DNA of 64,000 nt, from the NCBI GenBank assembly GCA_035084275.1, contig CM068752.1, positions 2,852,001 through 2,916,000 on the forward strand. The letters are read 5' to 3'. The position numbers were made by a program, and so were the translations under genes. Under the pieces are notes generated by a model that did no database searches, was not told where the DNA came from, and was given only the letters and a program-made list of their open reading frames with translations. The stretch is from Hydrolagus colliei. Its lineage: Eukaryota. Positions 25,371-38,800 of the stretch are shown piece after piece (the stretch's first letter is position 1; every line of letters begins with the position of its first letter).

Positions 25371-25690
25371 AATAATAATAATCCTCGCATTTGATATAGC
25401 GCTTTTCACATCTTCTAGACGTCTCAAAGCGCTTCACAGAATTTAGTGTAAAATGAATTGACTGTATATTTGTGAACGAAACGCAGCAGCCAATTGCGCA
25501 CAGCAGTGTCCCACAAACAGTCGTGGATTGAAATGACCAACTTTACTACAGCAATGTGTTTTTTTTAGAGGGATTATTATTAGGCATGTGTGTGGAGTAA
25601 GGAAACTTGCCCAAGGTTCCACCCTGACCTGCCTGGATTGGAACACAGGTCTCACGTTTGTAAGGCGAGTGCTCTAACCACTGACTCCAC
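25371..25690 (-). mobile_element. SINE, short form
   Basis: Near-consensus reverse copy. Confidence 0.9.
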
Positions 25691-26130
25691 AAAACGCAAT
25701 GTAGATTCATTCACTCAATTCTTTAATGCAAACCTTACAAGTCAACCTCTTTCAAATCAACCCGGAATCCCTTTATACTTGCACCATCCATAATCAATTG
25801 CCACTTATGTCGTTAAAGCAAATATGCAACAAAGTTGAGGCAGTGGTATGATTGCGGTCTTTCAGAATCTGATAATGTAGACCATGATATGCTGTTTTAT
25901 CTTATACTGAACAGTACACGCCTGCGATTGAAGGGGGTGTAAAATAAATGGACCTTGGTATTCTTTTCCCTGGAAAATTCCTATGCTCTTAATTGCATGC
26001 TAACTTGCGGATAACAAACAAACCACAAAGCAAATTATGCTTATACAGCGCCTTTCACGTCAGGAGGACGTCCCAAGTATAATGATTGAGCGATAGTTCT
26101 GTATAACTTTGAGATGTCTCGAAGACTTCA

Positions 26131-26490
26131 GAATAATAATAAATAATAATCCTTGCGTTTGATAAAGCGCCTTTACCACGTCACTCAGACTTCCCAAAGC
26201 GCTTCACTGTAGAGTGGAGTGACTGTATATGTTGTGGGCGAAACGCGGCAGCCAATTGCGCACAGCAGTGTCCCACAAACAGTCGTGGGTCGAGTGGTCA
26301 AATTATTACTTTTTTTTTAAGGGGATTCTTACCACCGGGAATGTGATCCCACCAGAGTCGACTGAACAAGCGGGTTCCTACGGACTGCTCGGTAAATAAG
26401 AGGCGTGTGTGTAGTAAGGAAACTTGCCAAAGATTCCACCCTGAACTGACCCGGATGGGAATCGAACCCAGGTCCTTTTGCTTGCAATAT
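26131..26490 (-). mobile_element. SINE, long form
   Basis: Extra block and ggttcgattccc B-box on the - strand. Confidence 0.8.
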
Positions 26491-26610
26491 AAAGCGCCAT
26501 CTCAAATGAGAAAGATTATTATCCATTTCTGATGTTAGTCAGGGCTGGCTGTACTCAATACTGTTGACTGGAGCGATCAACTCCAGGTAGTAGTCTTGAT
26601 ACAGTAACGT

Positions 26611-26627
26611 CTGCCCTCCAGTGGCCC
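26611..26627 (-). promoter_or_regulatory. Candidate CTCF site
   Basis: The - strand reads ggCCACTGGAGGGCAG, against the core consensus CCASYAGRKGGCRS. Confidence 0.45.
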
Positions 26628-26764
26628 ACACGAGCATTAGCACAACCTGTTCATTTCCAGCTCTCAACCTCAAACAACAAAGGAAGAAAGGCTGGGTTTC
26701 CAATATAGTTCTTCCTTTAATCCAGTGTATATTAGACAGGCTTCAAACCAGTCTTTAATAGGAA

Positions 26765-26823
26765 ATCCCATCCTTTGGATGAGACATTACACCGAGGTTC
26801 CTGCCAGCTTGTTGAGGTGGATA
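26765..26823 (+). mobile_element. Deu-domain fragment truncated by a younger SINE
   Basis: catcctttggatgagacattacaccgaggttcctgccagcttgttgaggtggata. Confidence 0.55.
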
Positions 26824-26829
26824 ATACTG

Positions 26830-27148
26830 TAATAATAATAATAATCCTTGCATTTGATAAGGCGCTTTTCACATCTTATCGACGTCTCAAAGCGCTTCAC
26901 AGAATATCCTGTTAAGTGAATTGACTGTTTATTTGAGGGTGAAATGCAGCAGCCAATTGCGCACAGCAGTGTCCCACATACAGTCATGGATTGAAACGAT
27001 CCAATTTTTATTATTGTGATTTTTTGGGGACGGATTATTATTAGGCGTGTGGAGTAAAGAAATTTGCCCAAGGTTTCGCCCTGATTTACCTGGATTCAAA
27101 TACAGATCTCATGTTTGTGAAGCGAGTGCTCCAACCACTGAGCTACAG
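26830..27148 (-). mobile_element. SINE, short form
   Basis: Full reverse copy. Confidence 0.9.
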
Positions 27149-27244
27149 GTTTCTCAACAAAATGTACAACAATTCCCTGCCCAAAATAAAAATGAGCAAT
27201 TACTCACTTCATTTGGCTGCTGTGTTTCACCCACAAAATATTCA

Positions 27245-27577
27245 GTGGAGCTCCTGTGGCTCAGTGGTTAGAGCACTTGTCTTGAAAGCTGGGGAGACCA
27301 AGCTGGGGAGACCTGTGTTCGAATCGAGGCAGGTCAGGGCGAAACCTTGGGCAAGTTTCCTTACTCCACACGCCTAATAATAATCCCTCCAAAAAAAACC
27401 ACAATAATAAAATTGGTCATTTCAATCCACGACTGTGTGTGGGACACTGCTGTGCGCAATTGGCTGCCGCGATTCGCCCACAAATATATACAGTCAATTC
27501 ACTTTACAGCATATTCTGTGAAGCGCTTTGGGACGTTGATAAGATGTGGAAAGCGCTATATCAAATGCAAGGATTAT
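27245..27577 (+). mobile_element. SINE, short form, with a 14-nt tandem duplication in the head
   Basis: aagctggggagacc occurs twice at 27286-27313; otherwise near consensus. Confidence 0.9.
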
Positions 27578-28007
27578 AGAGATTTTGGGGTTGGGGGTGA
27601 ATGGGAGGCGGTGGTTTAAGAGGGTAGATGCGAAAAATTTATAAAATGACATTTTAAAAAGCATTCACTCTGTTTGTAAATGGTGAGTGATGTTAATCTT
27701 GTGATAATCTTGTAAGGCGAGTGCTCTGAACCACTTGAGCTACAGGACCCCATCTCAAAGTAGAAACCTGGATCATCTCTTCAGTATGTCCGATTGATTG
27801 TCTTGATGACTGTTCTAACCCACTGCCCTGGAGCAAAGGGGAAAGAGGGAAGAACTGTGTGACTAAGCAACCAAACTATATGCTACTGGAATGCCCAGGC
27901 CTGTAGCTGTGGAGAGATTAAGTGTATTTGCCTTTACACACTAAAAGTAGATCCACAGACTGGTTTCACACCAAACACTGTTGGGTGTTTTTCTACTAGA
28001 AATCACT

Positions 28008-28175
28008 GTGTCAGACCCGAGCTGGGGATGGGATGGGGAGGGAAGGGAGGGATTAGGAATTGCCGATGGGACCATCGAAGAGGAGAGTTTTGAGGCGGGA
28101 CTTGAAGGAGGCCAGGGAGGGGGCGGGATGGAGGGACTGTGGGATGGAGTTCAGGGGTTGGGGGCAGAGTGGCTA
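28008..28175 (-). mobile_element. L2 3' fragment fused to a + strand SINE tail
   Basis: gacccgagctgggg...cttgaaggaggccagggagg...ggggcagagtggct, then agaagacgtgaaaagc. Confidence 0.75.
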
Positions 28176-29461
28176 GAAGACGTGAAAAGCCCTATATCAA
28201 ATGCAAGGATTATTATTATTATTATTATTATTATTACAAGTGCACTGAGACGCTGCCCTGCGTGGAGGGCGCTATATTAAAATTCCTATTAAGTTAGTCA
28301 ACAGAAAAATACATCTGTTATAATAATAATAATAATCCTTGCATTTGATACAGTGCCTTCATAACGTTGTTGAGACGTTTCAAAGAGCTTCACAGAATAT
28401 ATTGTAAAGTGTTGTGACCGTGTATTTTGTGGGTGAAACACAGCAGCCAATTGCAGATAGCAGTGTCCCACATACAGTCATGGATTGAGTGACCACATTT
28501 TAGTTTGGTTTGGGAGGATGGGAGGGGAGTGAGGGGATGATTACTTGCCTACGGTTTTGCCCTGTGGAAATTTGACTTTAGTGGCTCTAAATTGCCTTAA
28601 ATGGAAACACTACAATTAGAAGCAATATTGGGATCTCTAATCGTCATCGAAAGCTTCAACTAAAAATAAAAATCATTCATCCTTAGACAGATGAGCCCAG
28701 AAGGAAAGATACAGAAGAATTATTTAGAGATTTCCCGAGGGAAATTAATTTCAGAGTATAATGTGTCTTGTCTCTGAGATTACAGTGTAGTAGTTTGATT
28801 AATATGTTAATGTAGCTCTAATGGTAGAAATGTAATTAATAGTTTCCAACTTTTTAAACTGACATAAATGTAAAGCTTAGAGTGATACAGTATTACACAG
28901 AGTAATACTATTAAATCGGCTGAAAGTGGGACTGAGAGGGGCTAGGATGCCTGTGGCCCTATATTCTGTACCCGATGACATTGATACCTGTTTGGGGCCC
29001 TGTATTTTAGGAGTGGGGAGGGAGGGGGAGTACATAGAACAGCTTGTCAGTGACCAGCCAATGAGTTTAAAGAGGGGTGTCAAAATACACAGTCACTCCA
29101 CTTTACTGTAAATCCCATGAAGCACTTTGAGACATCTAGAAGACCTAGATCAAATGCAAGGAGTATTATTATTAGTATCTGCGTACAGTAATATAATAAT
29201 CATAATGATCCTTTATACATTTGGATCCAGCGCCTTTCACGCTAGGAGGATGTCTCACACTGAGGCTTTACTGTAAAGTGGAGTGCCGTGTGTTTCGTGC
29301 GGCAGATGATTGGCGACACACGAGGGAGGGAGATTGCACAAAAAATAAACTACGTTACCTGAAGTTTTTTTGATTTGAAGCCAATGGAAGGTAGTGTCCT
29401 GACTTGTGAATGTCCACGTTCCCTGATCTAGGCCAACATCTCTGGTAACTGGCTGTGAAAC

Positions 29462-29656
29462 ACTTCTTCACTCAGAGGGCAGTGAACCTATGGAATTCTC
29501 TACCACAAAAGGCTGCAGAAAGATGCTCAGTCCTCGAACATATTCAAGACTGAGATTGATTCTTATCGATTGATAGGAATAAAGGTATAAGGCGGGCAAG
29601 ATGGAGTTAGAGAAGAAGATCAGCCTTGATCTTATTGAATGGTGAGGCAGGCTCGA
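29462..29656 (+). mobile_element. CR1-type LINE 3' end
   Basis: ttcttcactcagagggcagtgaacctatggaattctctaccacaaaaggct (FFTQRAVNLWNSLPQKA) ... gatcagccttgatcttattgaatgg. Confidence 0.8.
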
Positions 29657-30896
29657 ACACCCCCACCCCACACCCCACCACCCAAACAAAATTACTCAAT
29701 GAGCCAGAAGAGGGAGACAGAGAACAGTTTTACTGAAAATCTGTCGTTCAGTCTGTGAGCCAGTGTCCAATTAAGATGCAAAATCTCACTGCTATAACCC
29801 TTGCGTTTGCTGTAGCGCTTGTCACGTCTTCTAGACGTCTCAAAGCGGCTTCTGCGCAGGACACTGACAAAGTTACGCACCTTGAGATCTGTCTGGAGTG
29901 TGGTTAATGTTTGAGCGATTGTGTAAAGTTAGCTTTTAATTGAATCTACTTTAACCGGAGGGGGATTTCTGACAGACTAGCCGAGGAGCTTTCAAAATAA
30001 TTACGTCACCACCTTAATGTGCCGGTGGAGTGACTGACCGCAGTATGAACAGCAATCCGTGTGTGAGTGTTGACTGTTAACATGTGGATTTAATCACAAT
30101 TAATGATCACAATCCTTGCGTTTTCGAAGGCACTTCTCAAAGTGTCTCAAAGGCACTTCTCAGAATATTCACAGAACAGAAGATGTGAGAGAGGTGGGTT
30201 CACTGCGTGCAAACGCCTTCGATCCTCGCAACTAACAATCAACAGCTACACGCATTTGTATCGTGGCCTTTGTCCTTTGCAAAGTGAGCGGATGGCTTAC
30301 CGGGTCAGTAAGTTTCCAGTAGGCACTGGTGTCAGTATTTGACGCGAACGTGTTAAATTCCGCAGTGCTTCTTTCACTAGGGTTACATCCCTCGTTGATC
30401 TCCGCGCTTCTGGTTTGCCACGTGACGCTCATACCAGCCGGTGGGAAAGAGGCAGCATCGACGGCAAAATACTTGCATCACCTTCAAGGCGAAATAAACC
30501 GGCAACGTTAACTGGGACCGAATCGGCTTTCACCGGGAATGAGTTTGAGTGGGCGCAGGAGGGAGAAGAGAAGAGAGAGAGAGAGAGAGTGCAGGCTTCA
30601 AAACAGTTGTGCAACTGCGTTTGGGAGCCAAGTGGTGACAGGTGTGTGTGTGTGTGTTTGTCCGAAACCGATGGGACTTGAGACCACTTTGCTGCCTGGA
30701 AACTTGCCCCTCTGTCTTCCTGTCCTATGGGGAGCTGCTCAGTCACCGGGGAGATTGTACAAATTGCGAGTCTTGGTTGCCAGAGCTCTCGCGTGCCGGA
30801 TTGGAACCCGGATGGGAACTTTCTGGGTCACAGAATGCGTCACCGAACAGCACCAACGTGCTTTTATTTCCAGTTTAGCGAATGTAACTTCACTGC

Positions 30897-30916
30897 GAGA
30901 GAGAGAGAGAGAGAGG

Positions 30917-30952
<36 letters not shown>
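30897..30952. repeat. (GA)n microsatellite; also (GA)n at ~30572 and (GT)n at ~30642
   Basis: Read directly from the sequence. Confidence 0.95.
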
Positions 30953-30957
<5 letters not shown>

Positions 30958-31816
30958 CGCTCTGGATGATGTGAAAATGATGCACAGCATCTTGACAGGG
31001 AACAGAATTTGCTCTAAATGTTTTGACACTGTGTCTAAAAGACTGGTGCTGCGTGCCAAAGTCTGGGCGAACGCTCTATTTGTTCTTCTGCTTGATAGCT
31101 GATCTAAGATAGCAACAGTTTCAAAGCTAAATCTCATCATTGCAGTTTAGAACTATCTTGTTAGAACTATCATCTTCCTCTTGATTTGGTGTAAATTTCG
31201 TTCGTGTTCGTGGTGGACTCCGGAAGAGCGAAGCTTTACTAATAACGATCGACAATCCTTGCGTTTGACAAAGCGCCTTATCACGTCTTCGAGAGGTCTC
31301 AAGGCGCTTCGCAGAATATACCGTGAGGTGAATTTGACTCTTGGTGAAGACGTAGAATCTCTGCCAACGCCTTCCTCGTCACAATAAAAGTCAGAGGACA
31401 AGGCGGAGCATTAGCTAGCAGTCCTTACAAACTGCCTAAAACCTTGATACAAAAATCTTCGCTTAGATTTGCTTCTGCTGTATTCGTTGATGCTCCGCAA
31501 TAGCTCAGTATCTGCCTTCAGGGCGAGTTTGAGTCACCGCAGTAGCCATTGGATGATAAACGGAGCAGACAATAAATATCCTGGATCCTGAAATGGTCTC
31601 AGAATGTGCTGCTGTTCAGGCAAATTATCCCACCTGGATTCACACATCGAGTTCCCTGCAATAAGCTCTGCAAACGCTGCTTACTATTCAGGTCTATTCA
31701 GACACCAGCTCTGAGCAGCTTGTCACCCATTGTACAGGTTCTGTAATTAACATGTGAGATATGATCTGAAAGTATAATTGTGAGGCTTGTTCTTTAAGTG
31801 TCTATGTAAGTGCTGT

Positions 31817-32048
31817 GCTGTAGCTCAACGGTTAGAAGCACTCTCCTTTACAAGCGAGAGACTGGAGTTCAGCTCCAGGCAGGGCGAAACTTTGCGCAGT
31901 TTTCCTGACTCCACAAGTCTAATAATAATCCCTTCAAAAAAAATTAAAAATTGGTCATTTCAACGCACGATTGTTTGTGGGACACTGCTGTGCGCAATTG
32001 GCTGTCGCGTTTCGCCCACAAATATACAGTCAATTCACTTTACAGTAT
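31817..32048 (+). mobile_element. SINE, 3'-truncated
   Basis: Head and body present, tail missing. Confidence 0.85.
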
Positions 32049-32640
32049 TGTTTTTTTTTGACTGAGAGATTGAACAGGCAGTAGTGAACCAGGAGCTGAA
32101 CATATTTAGTGGACATTAAGTTGGACTATCTCCTCCTTCGCTTCCACAGCGTTTGATTTGGCTGATCTTAGTCACTGTACGTGGACAAGTAAGCATTATT
32201 CTGATGTATTCTTTTAACTACCTCTAACCATTACTAATTTGAATTAATAAACCTCGATTCATTTGTGCAAGGTTTGAGTCAGTCTTTACTTCACGGCAGG
32301 GTTAAAACGGACATCTTGTACCATTCCACTGCTCCTATTGTGGTTCATTAGTAAAATCTAATGGGATACTTACATTAATGTAATGTACATGTAAATGCAC
32401 AATACAATGGTGTGGTTAAGAGGAAACAGGATTCTAGAAGGGAGAAGGGAATAGAGAAAGAGAGAGAGGAAGCAAGGAAGGTTCCTGAGTGTATAGGAAT
32501 GGCACAGGCTGGATGGGTTGAATGGCCTGTTTCCATGCCACACCTCTCTGTGTGACTCTGTTTATCAGCTCCCTTTGATATCATGTTTAATAGTCGGTAT
32601 GAGTACACCCCAGGCCTGTACACACTGCTCAAACAGCCAC

Positions 32641-32935
32641 AGTTTGGGCAAGTTTCCTTACCCCATAGGCCTCTGTTTACATAGCAGCAAGTAGCAACCC
32701 GGTTGTTAGTCAATTGGTGGATCGCTGTTCTGATGGGAATAATTGCTTCAAAACAAAATAATAACAATAAATTGGTCACTTGAATACATGAATGTTTGTG
32801 GGACATTTGGCTGTTGCGTTTCGCCCACAAAATATACAGTCAATTCACTTTAGAGTATATCCCGTGAAGCGCTTTGAAATGTCTCAAAGACAAGATAAGG
32901 TGCTGTATCAAATGCAAAGATTCTCATTATTATTA
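32641..32935 (+). mobile_element. SINE, long form, headless
   Basis: ttgggcaagtttccttac, the extra block and the tail. Confidence 0.8.
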
Positions 32936-33606
32936 ATAATAATGTTTATAATATAATAATGCATAATACTACATAATAATTATACATTCAGGCTGTGTGG
33001 GTGTGTGCAGGGCTCTGACATTTACACAAAAGTTAAAGAGACGTGATGATGGCTTCCTTCCATGCGGCAAAATTGTAAACAGATTTGAAGTTTTCTCTCT
33101 GGTCTCAAGTTTTAGAGGTAATTGCCCATTACGCCTGCGTCACTGGCTTGTGAGATAAGTAACATTTGGGACTGACGATTGTGATTAGCTGCAACAGGCA
33201 ACAAGACTCTCTCCCATCCCTTAGTAACTCGTTGAATAGGAATAGTTTCGTTTTTCATTAACTGCGATAGTGTGGTCACTAATACGGTCGTTATTTTGGT
33301 AAACTGAGATCGTGGCTAAAATATCGGTTAAAAATCTCGCAGCCCAAAAAATAATAGTACTGTAGAAATAATAATAATACTAGCACTTACATTTGGTACG
33401 CGTCTAATTGCGTCGTTGAGATGTCTCAAACCGTTTCACAGAATATACCCACAATTGAATTAACCGTGTATTTTGTGTGTGAAATGCGGCATCCAATTTT
33501 GTTTTTAGATTAAATTCAAACGCCGAGTGGTATTGGAGAAACAACCGAAGAAGATTTTACTAATGATATTATCAGGGGCATAAATTTGACGAAGAGTCGT
33601 TCTGAC

Positions 33607-33612
33607 TTTATT
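33607..33612 (-). promoter_or_regulatory. Candidate HTR4 poly(A) signal AATAAA
   Basis: AATAAA on the - strand about 860 nt downstream of the HTR4 stop codon. Confidence 0.35.
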
Positions 33613-34469
33613 TTACACTCATAATACATCTGTTCATAGGAAATGGCGTTTCTGAACACAACACACCGATTTATCCTGTCAGCCTGTCGCCAACAGCTTT
33701 TAAATCTATTTGCACAGACTTTTCTTAGATAATGTCTTGAAAAAGAAATGACAGCACAGGTATACATTAAACATTGCTCAGCCTTGCCAATTACTGAGGA
33801 CGTGCAGGATTCATGTTATCGAGTTCAGTGAAGTATTGTATCAGCAAAGTACATCATCTGACCCTCGTTCTCAATCGGGGGAACCATTCTCCGATTGTCT
33901 TGGAAACGACCCTTCTCCCGGTGGCGATGAGCAAATCTCCTGTGATGCATTTGACAACATTAACATTTCGATAGCGTTTAAGACAAGTTCGCCTTAATTT
34001 GGCGTTTGGCTCACAAATCATACCCCGCTTTACTTGCCGAGCGGTGTACGAGTGCATTGGGAACAAGTGCGTAGAGTGTGCGACAACAAACGACAACAAC
34101 AAAATTGCATTGAGAGAGCGCCTTTCACGTCGGGAGGACGTCCCAAGGCGCTGACGCCACCAGCCCTCACGGTTTTTGTTTTCAGTCTCACAGAATCTTT
34201 TTCTCTGCTCTTGTGTTAAATGAAGACAGCTGTCAGTTTGTCACAGAAAAATACACAAGGCAAACTCCGCATTTCAGGAGGCGTTCATCAAAAACACCTA
34301 CAAGGACAATACTACTGTATAACACCGTAATAAATATCTTACAAAGTTATAGTCCTGGCCTTCAAAGGTCCCACTCCTGTTTCCGTTGCGCGTGTGTGAC
34401 TTGTTTGTGGAGGTGGAGGTTGACTAGTGAGTAGAGTGAAGAAAATAATAATCCCAGTGATGAATGAAA

Positions 34470-34557
34470 TTATGAATCCTGCCTCGACTCCTGGACAGAA
34501 ACAAGGTTGCTGTGATTCCATATTGTTTTAGCGAGGCCGTTGTGTAACACGGTGTAC
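34470..34557 (-). CDS. HTR4: HTR4 terminal coding exon, 5-HT4(a)-like
   Basis: Acceptor attcacag|G is phase-compatible. Encodes (R)YTVLHNGLAKTIWNHSNLVSVQESRQDS then TAA; the start matches 5-HT4a RYTVLHRG. Not present in this frame in the ORF track. Confidence 0.85.
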
Positions 34558-37500
34558 CTGTGAATGAAGGAGTAAACTCGGGGTCAGAACGTTCAACAAA
34601 ATAACCTTTCCCTTCATATGCAGAATGCCCATATCACCCTGAGCTCGTTTAATCCAGAACATTTATTTACCCGGAGTTATAGAGTGTAGAAATTTACGTC
34701 ACGGAATTAAGGCCATTTGTCCCAACTTCTCTGTGCCACTCCCTCAAGGGCGATCGTTTCTAGCTCCCACTTCCCTTCCCTTTCTCCCCCTACAACCCCA
34801 CAACTGACCCAAACTAATCACAGCAGAATCTATGAGAATTATTCAGACATACGTCGGACTACTAAGAGTTTGGTTGGACTGTATTTTGTTTCTATGAATT
34901 TCAGCATTGGATAGTTATGATATTCTAAAGTAATCCTTTAGGTATTTCATTAATAATAATATTAATGATGATGATAATACTAATAATCCTTGCATTTGAT
35001 ACATTGCCTTTGAAACATCACGTCTTTGAGATGTCTCAAGGCGCTTCACAGAACACACCCTAAAGTGAATCGACTGCGTATTTTGTGGGCGAAAATGTCC
35101 CTTTCTGTTGGGTTTTCTTTCCAAGTACTTTTAAGGGAAAGGTATTAAACATGTTGAATAGTTCTCAAATATAGAACAAGATTAAATCCTGCTATAAATT
35201 GTGGAATTGTCGAGTTTGACCGCTCACATTCCTCTTTACCGACGTCAGAACAAGATGATAGAAATGTGTGTTTAGATTTCAACTGACTTTACATGTTCTT
35301 GTAATATTTTACAATCTAGCCTTCAGGATTTAGACAAGGTTTGTGATTTTTTTTGATGTCTTAGACAACTGTGTGAGAATATTTAATCTGTATATCACTC
35401 CCATTAGGTCAGATATGTCCACTGACACTGAATATTATGCAACACATCATTTGATTACACGGTTATATTTTTGCTGAATATTTGAGCAAAAAATTAACAA
35501 TTGCAAGTGACCTTACAACAACAACCTTATTTTTCCAAAGCTGTGAGATGTGTTATTTTAAAATCAAGTGACACTGAGAGAGAGAGAGACAGCCCATTGA
35601 TATTATAAAGCAAGCAATAAATTATATCTGTTGGTCTTGAATCATTGTCTGACTCATGAACATCAGAACAGCCTTGAAGATCAAACTTTTTACTAAATTC
35701 ATTTGGAGGCTGTGGAATACAACATAACATTGCAATAGTTCCTGAACAGCTTCAAAACGCTGCCTTGATTAAAATATAATACCGTCAATGCCAATCATCT
35801 TACTTCAGTGGAAAAATCTATTTGGGACTCGCTGGATATTATTGTTTAGCATTTTAATCAAACACAGAAACGGAAACTGCTATTTGGATCAGGATCTAGG
35901 TGGGCAACTGGGGAAAATCTGAATTTATTGAATGAATGATTACTATTTCCGTAACGTCTCAGTTTAAAAATACATGATTCACGAAACAATGCAATAAACC
36001 TCCATGGACAATAACAACAACAAAATTATATTTAGAGAGTGACTTTCACGTCACGCCTTTCACATTGAAATCGTAAACAAGGCGTGAGATTTTGTCATCC
36101 ATCAACTCACAAGAGGCAAACACACCTTAATAATCCATTGACACTCTGAACAATGGAGAAGGGTTGCCCTTGGACTGATATATTGGTTGCCATGTTTTTT
36201 CAATTAAAATTAGTTTCTTCTTTTGTTTTCTGATAAAAATTGCTTCCAGCCCGCATCTATCAGAACGCCTACAAAGTAGACAGCCAATTCACTTTACGGT
36301 ATATGCTGCGAAGTGCTTTGAGACGTCTCAAAGACAATGATAAGGCACTGAATCAACTGAAACAATTATTATTACTACAGTATATTATACAGAATGTAGC
36401 AAAAATGTCCCAATGTGAGATATCCCACAGTGACAATGTACCATTGAGAGTTAAGTGCATGTAGCGATGTGAATGTTAACTGCTTGTCAATTTTAAGATT
36501 CTAAATTGCAAGAAATATCTCTTTCGAGTACAGAGAGTTTTAATAATAACTTTCCTGGGAAGAAAATGTTTGCCATTAAAACCCAGTATAAACTCGTTAA
36601 GAAAAAATCACGCTAACGTGTTTTCTAATGGCAATTCCAGGCATTTAATTGTGCTGATAGTTTACCTAAAGTGTACTGTGTGACGTTACTGTGGTAAATA
36701 AAGCAGGTTTTAATGTTGCAGAACGCCCTAAATTATGCCCTGATTCCGGGCTTTGACATTCCAGCAAATCCTCTGCTTTCAAGTACAAAGTTGGTAAACA
36801 TCGGCTACTTTTTAAACCAGCAAAAACCAAACGCATTGTGTGAGTGAGTTGCTGCGCATCCATTTATCGGACTGAAGTCCGTCATAAAGTCTGTCTGAAG
36901 TGCAGCACGGAAGAAGGCAGGGCTAGCCCACATATAGATTGGTCGAGAAGCCAACTTGGGCTGCCAACTTTGCCTTGGTATGTGTGCGGGTGCCCGTGGC
37001 CAGATCCATCCAGAATATCCTGGGATGGTGGGGCGGTGTAGATGGTGTGAAAGATCAGTTCTCGTCTGCGGCTGGTGAGAACCTAGTCTGTTTTAGACCC
37101 AGAGCCTATTCAAGAGAGAGAGAGAGAGAGAGAGACAAGCAGATTCTCTGAACCATCGAGAGTAGACAATAGAGACTGTTTGCTTTGTGGCATATCTACA
37201 GTGCCTGTGCACTGTGTTTCCTGCCCAAAGACTCAATGTCCTCTTGTGTCTTCTTCAGTCCTTATGTGGTTTGGCCATGAAGAAATATTCTGTCGAGGCA
37301 AGGGTTCTATCTAACATTTTTGGACGCTAGATTCAGTGGAAGTGCAGGAAACCACAGACACAGAGTGAAGTTATTCACCGTAAGAACATCCAAGTGATGT
37401 ATGAAACCAATACTAGCGAGATGAACGTGTAGGAAAATGTTTTAAACTGCTTTTATGTAGAAAGAACTTTCCACCGAAAAGTGATTTTACTGTAATTCAT

Positions 37501-38419
37501 TAGCATTTTTGTAGATAAGAATAATAATATTAATCCTTGCACTTAGTGTCATGCCCTTCGGGTCAGAAGGACTCCCCAAAGTATACAATAATAACCATTA
37601 TTATAATTCTAATAATAATAAACCTTGCATTTGCTATAGCACCTCATAATGTCGTCACGTCTCAATGCGCTTCATGGAATATACAGTAAATTGAATTGAT
37701 TGCGTATTTTGCGGGCGAAACGTTCACAAGGCCCTGGGTAGAGAGGCTGCTTTTCAGGTGCTAATTTTAGACTCCCTGCTCTCCTTTCTCGGAATTCAGA
37801 AGATGGGTTTCATTATCAAACCGTTTTCCACAAACAATCTGATCTATGGGGTGCTGTCCTGGAATCTCTCCTCTGAGCTGTAATCCATCAAGCCCTGATC
37901 TTGCCCAATTCCTGTCATCTACATCAGGCTTTGGCTTCACTTGGTGTTAGGCTTCTCTTGAATTCAGTCAATGTCTGCGATGGCAGTCAGTCTTTCATCG
38001 CCACGTTGACATGTCCAAACTGATCGCTCCCTCGTTCCCTCACTCACTTGCTTGCTGGCTCGCCTGCCCGCCCGCTAATATAATAATAATAATCCTTGAG
38101 TTCAGTGAAGGGGTCTTAGATGGTATCATTCCACATCCATACAAGATCGTCACATCAAATACCATTTACAACATGCAAGGGAATGTTTTTAATTTCTGCA
38201 AGATTTGTTCATGGGTTAAACAGTCAGTGGGGTAAGAGATCTAAAAGTCAGGGTAACTTACTGGTCTACACTGGGTCAGGGCTCGCGCAGAACAACAGGA
38301 AAAGCTTGGATACAGCGGAGCAGCCACTGTGAAACGCACGCAGCAAAGATTGAGAGGAACAGAAGCAGGAGAGTGAGAAGCGAAAGGTTAATAGGTAGTG
38401 AACATCACAAACAACAAAT

Positions 38420-38800
38420 TAAAATAATAATAACATTCCTTGCATTTGATATAGCGCCTTATCGGGCCCTTGAGGTGTCTCAAAGCGCTTCACAGAATAT
38501 GCTGTAAAGTGTATATTTTGTGTATAGACTGTGTATAGACTGTATATTTTGTGGGCGAAACTCGGCAGCCAATCAGGAGGACGTCCCAAGTCGCTGTACA
38601 GTCCATTGTTTCAAGACCCGAGCTGGGGACGGGGAGGGTGGAGGGAAAGGGGGGGGATTTAGGGTGACCGATGGGACCGTCCGCCTTGAAGGAGGCTAGG
38701 GAGGGGGCGAGGTGGAGCGACTGAGGGATGGATTTCCAGGGGCAGAGTGGCTGAAGGCTCGCCCTCCAATAGTGGGGCGGGTGGGTCGGGGGACATGGAG
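38420..38800 (-). mobile_element. L2 3' fragment (38575-38800) joined to a SINE 3' half (38420-38574)
   Basis: Junction on the - strand reads cttgggacgtcctcctg|attggctgccgag. Confidence 0.8.

Noticed and set aside
30539-31102. 187-aa ORF with RE repeats
   Set aside because: It is held open largely by (GA)n and (GT)n microsatellites, and no homology is recognisable.
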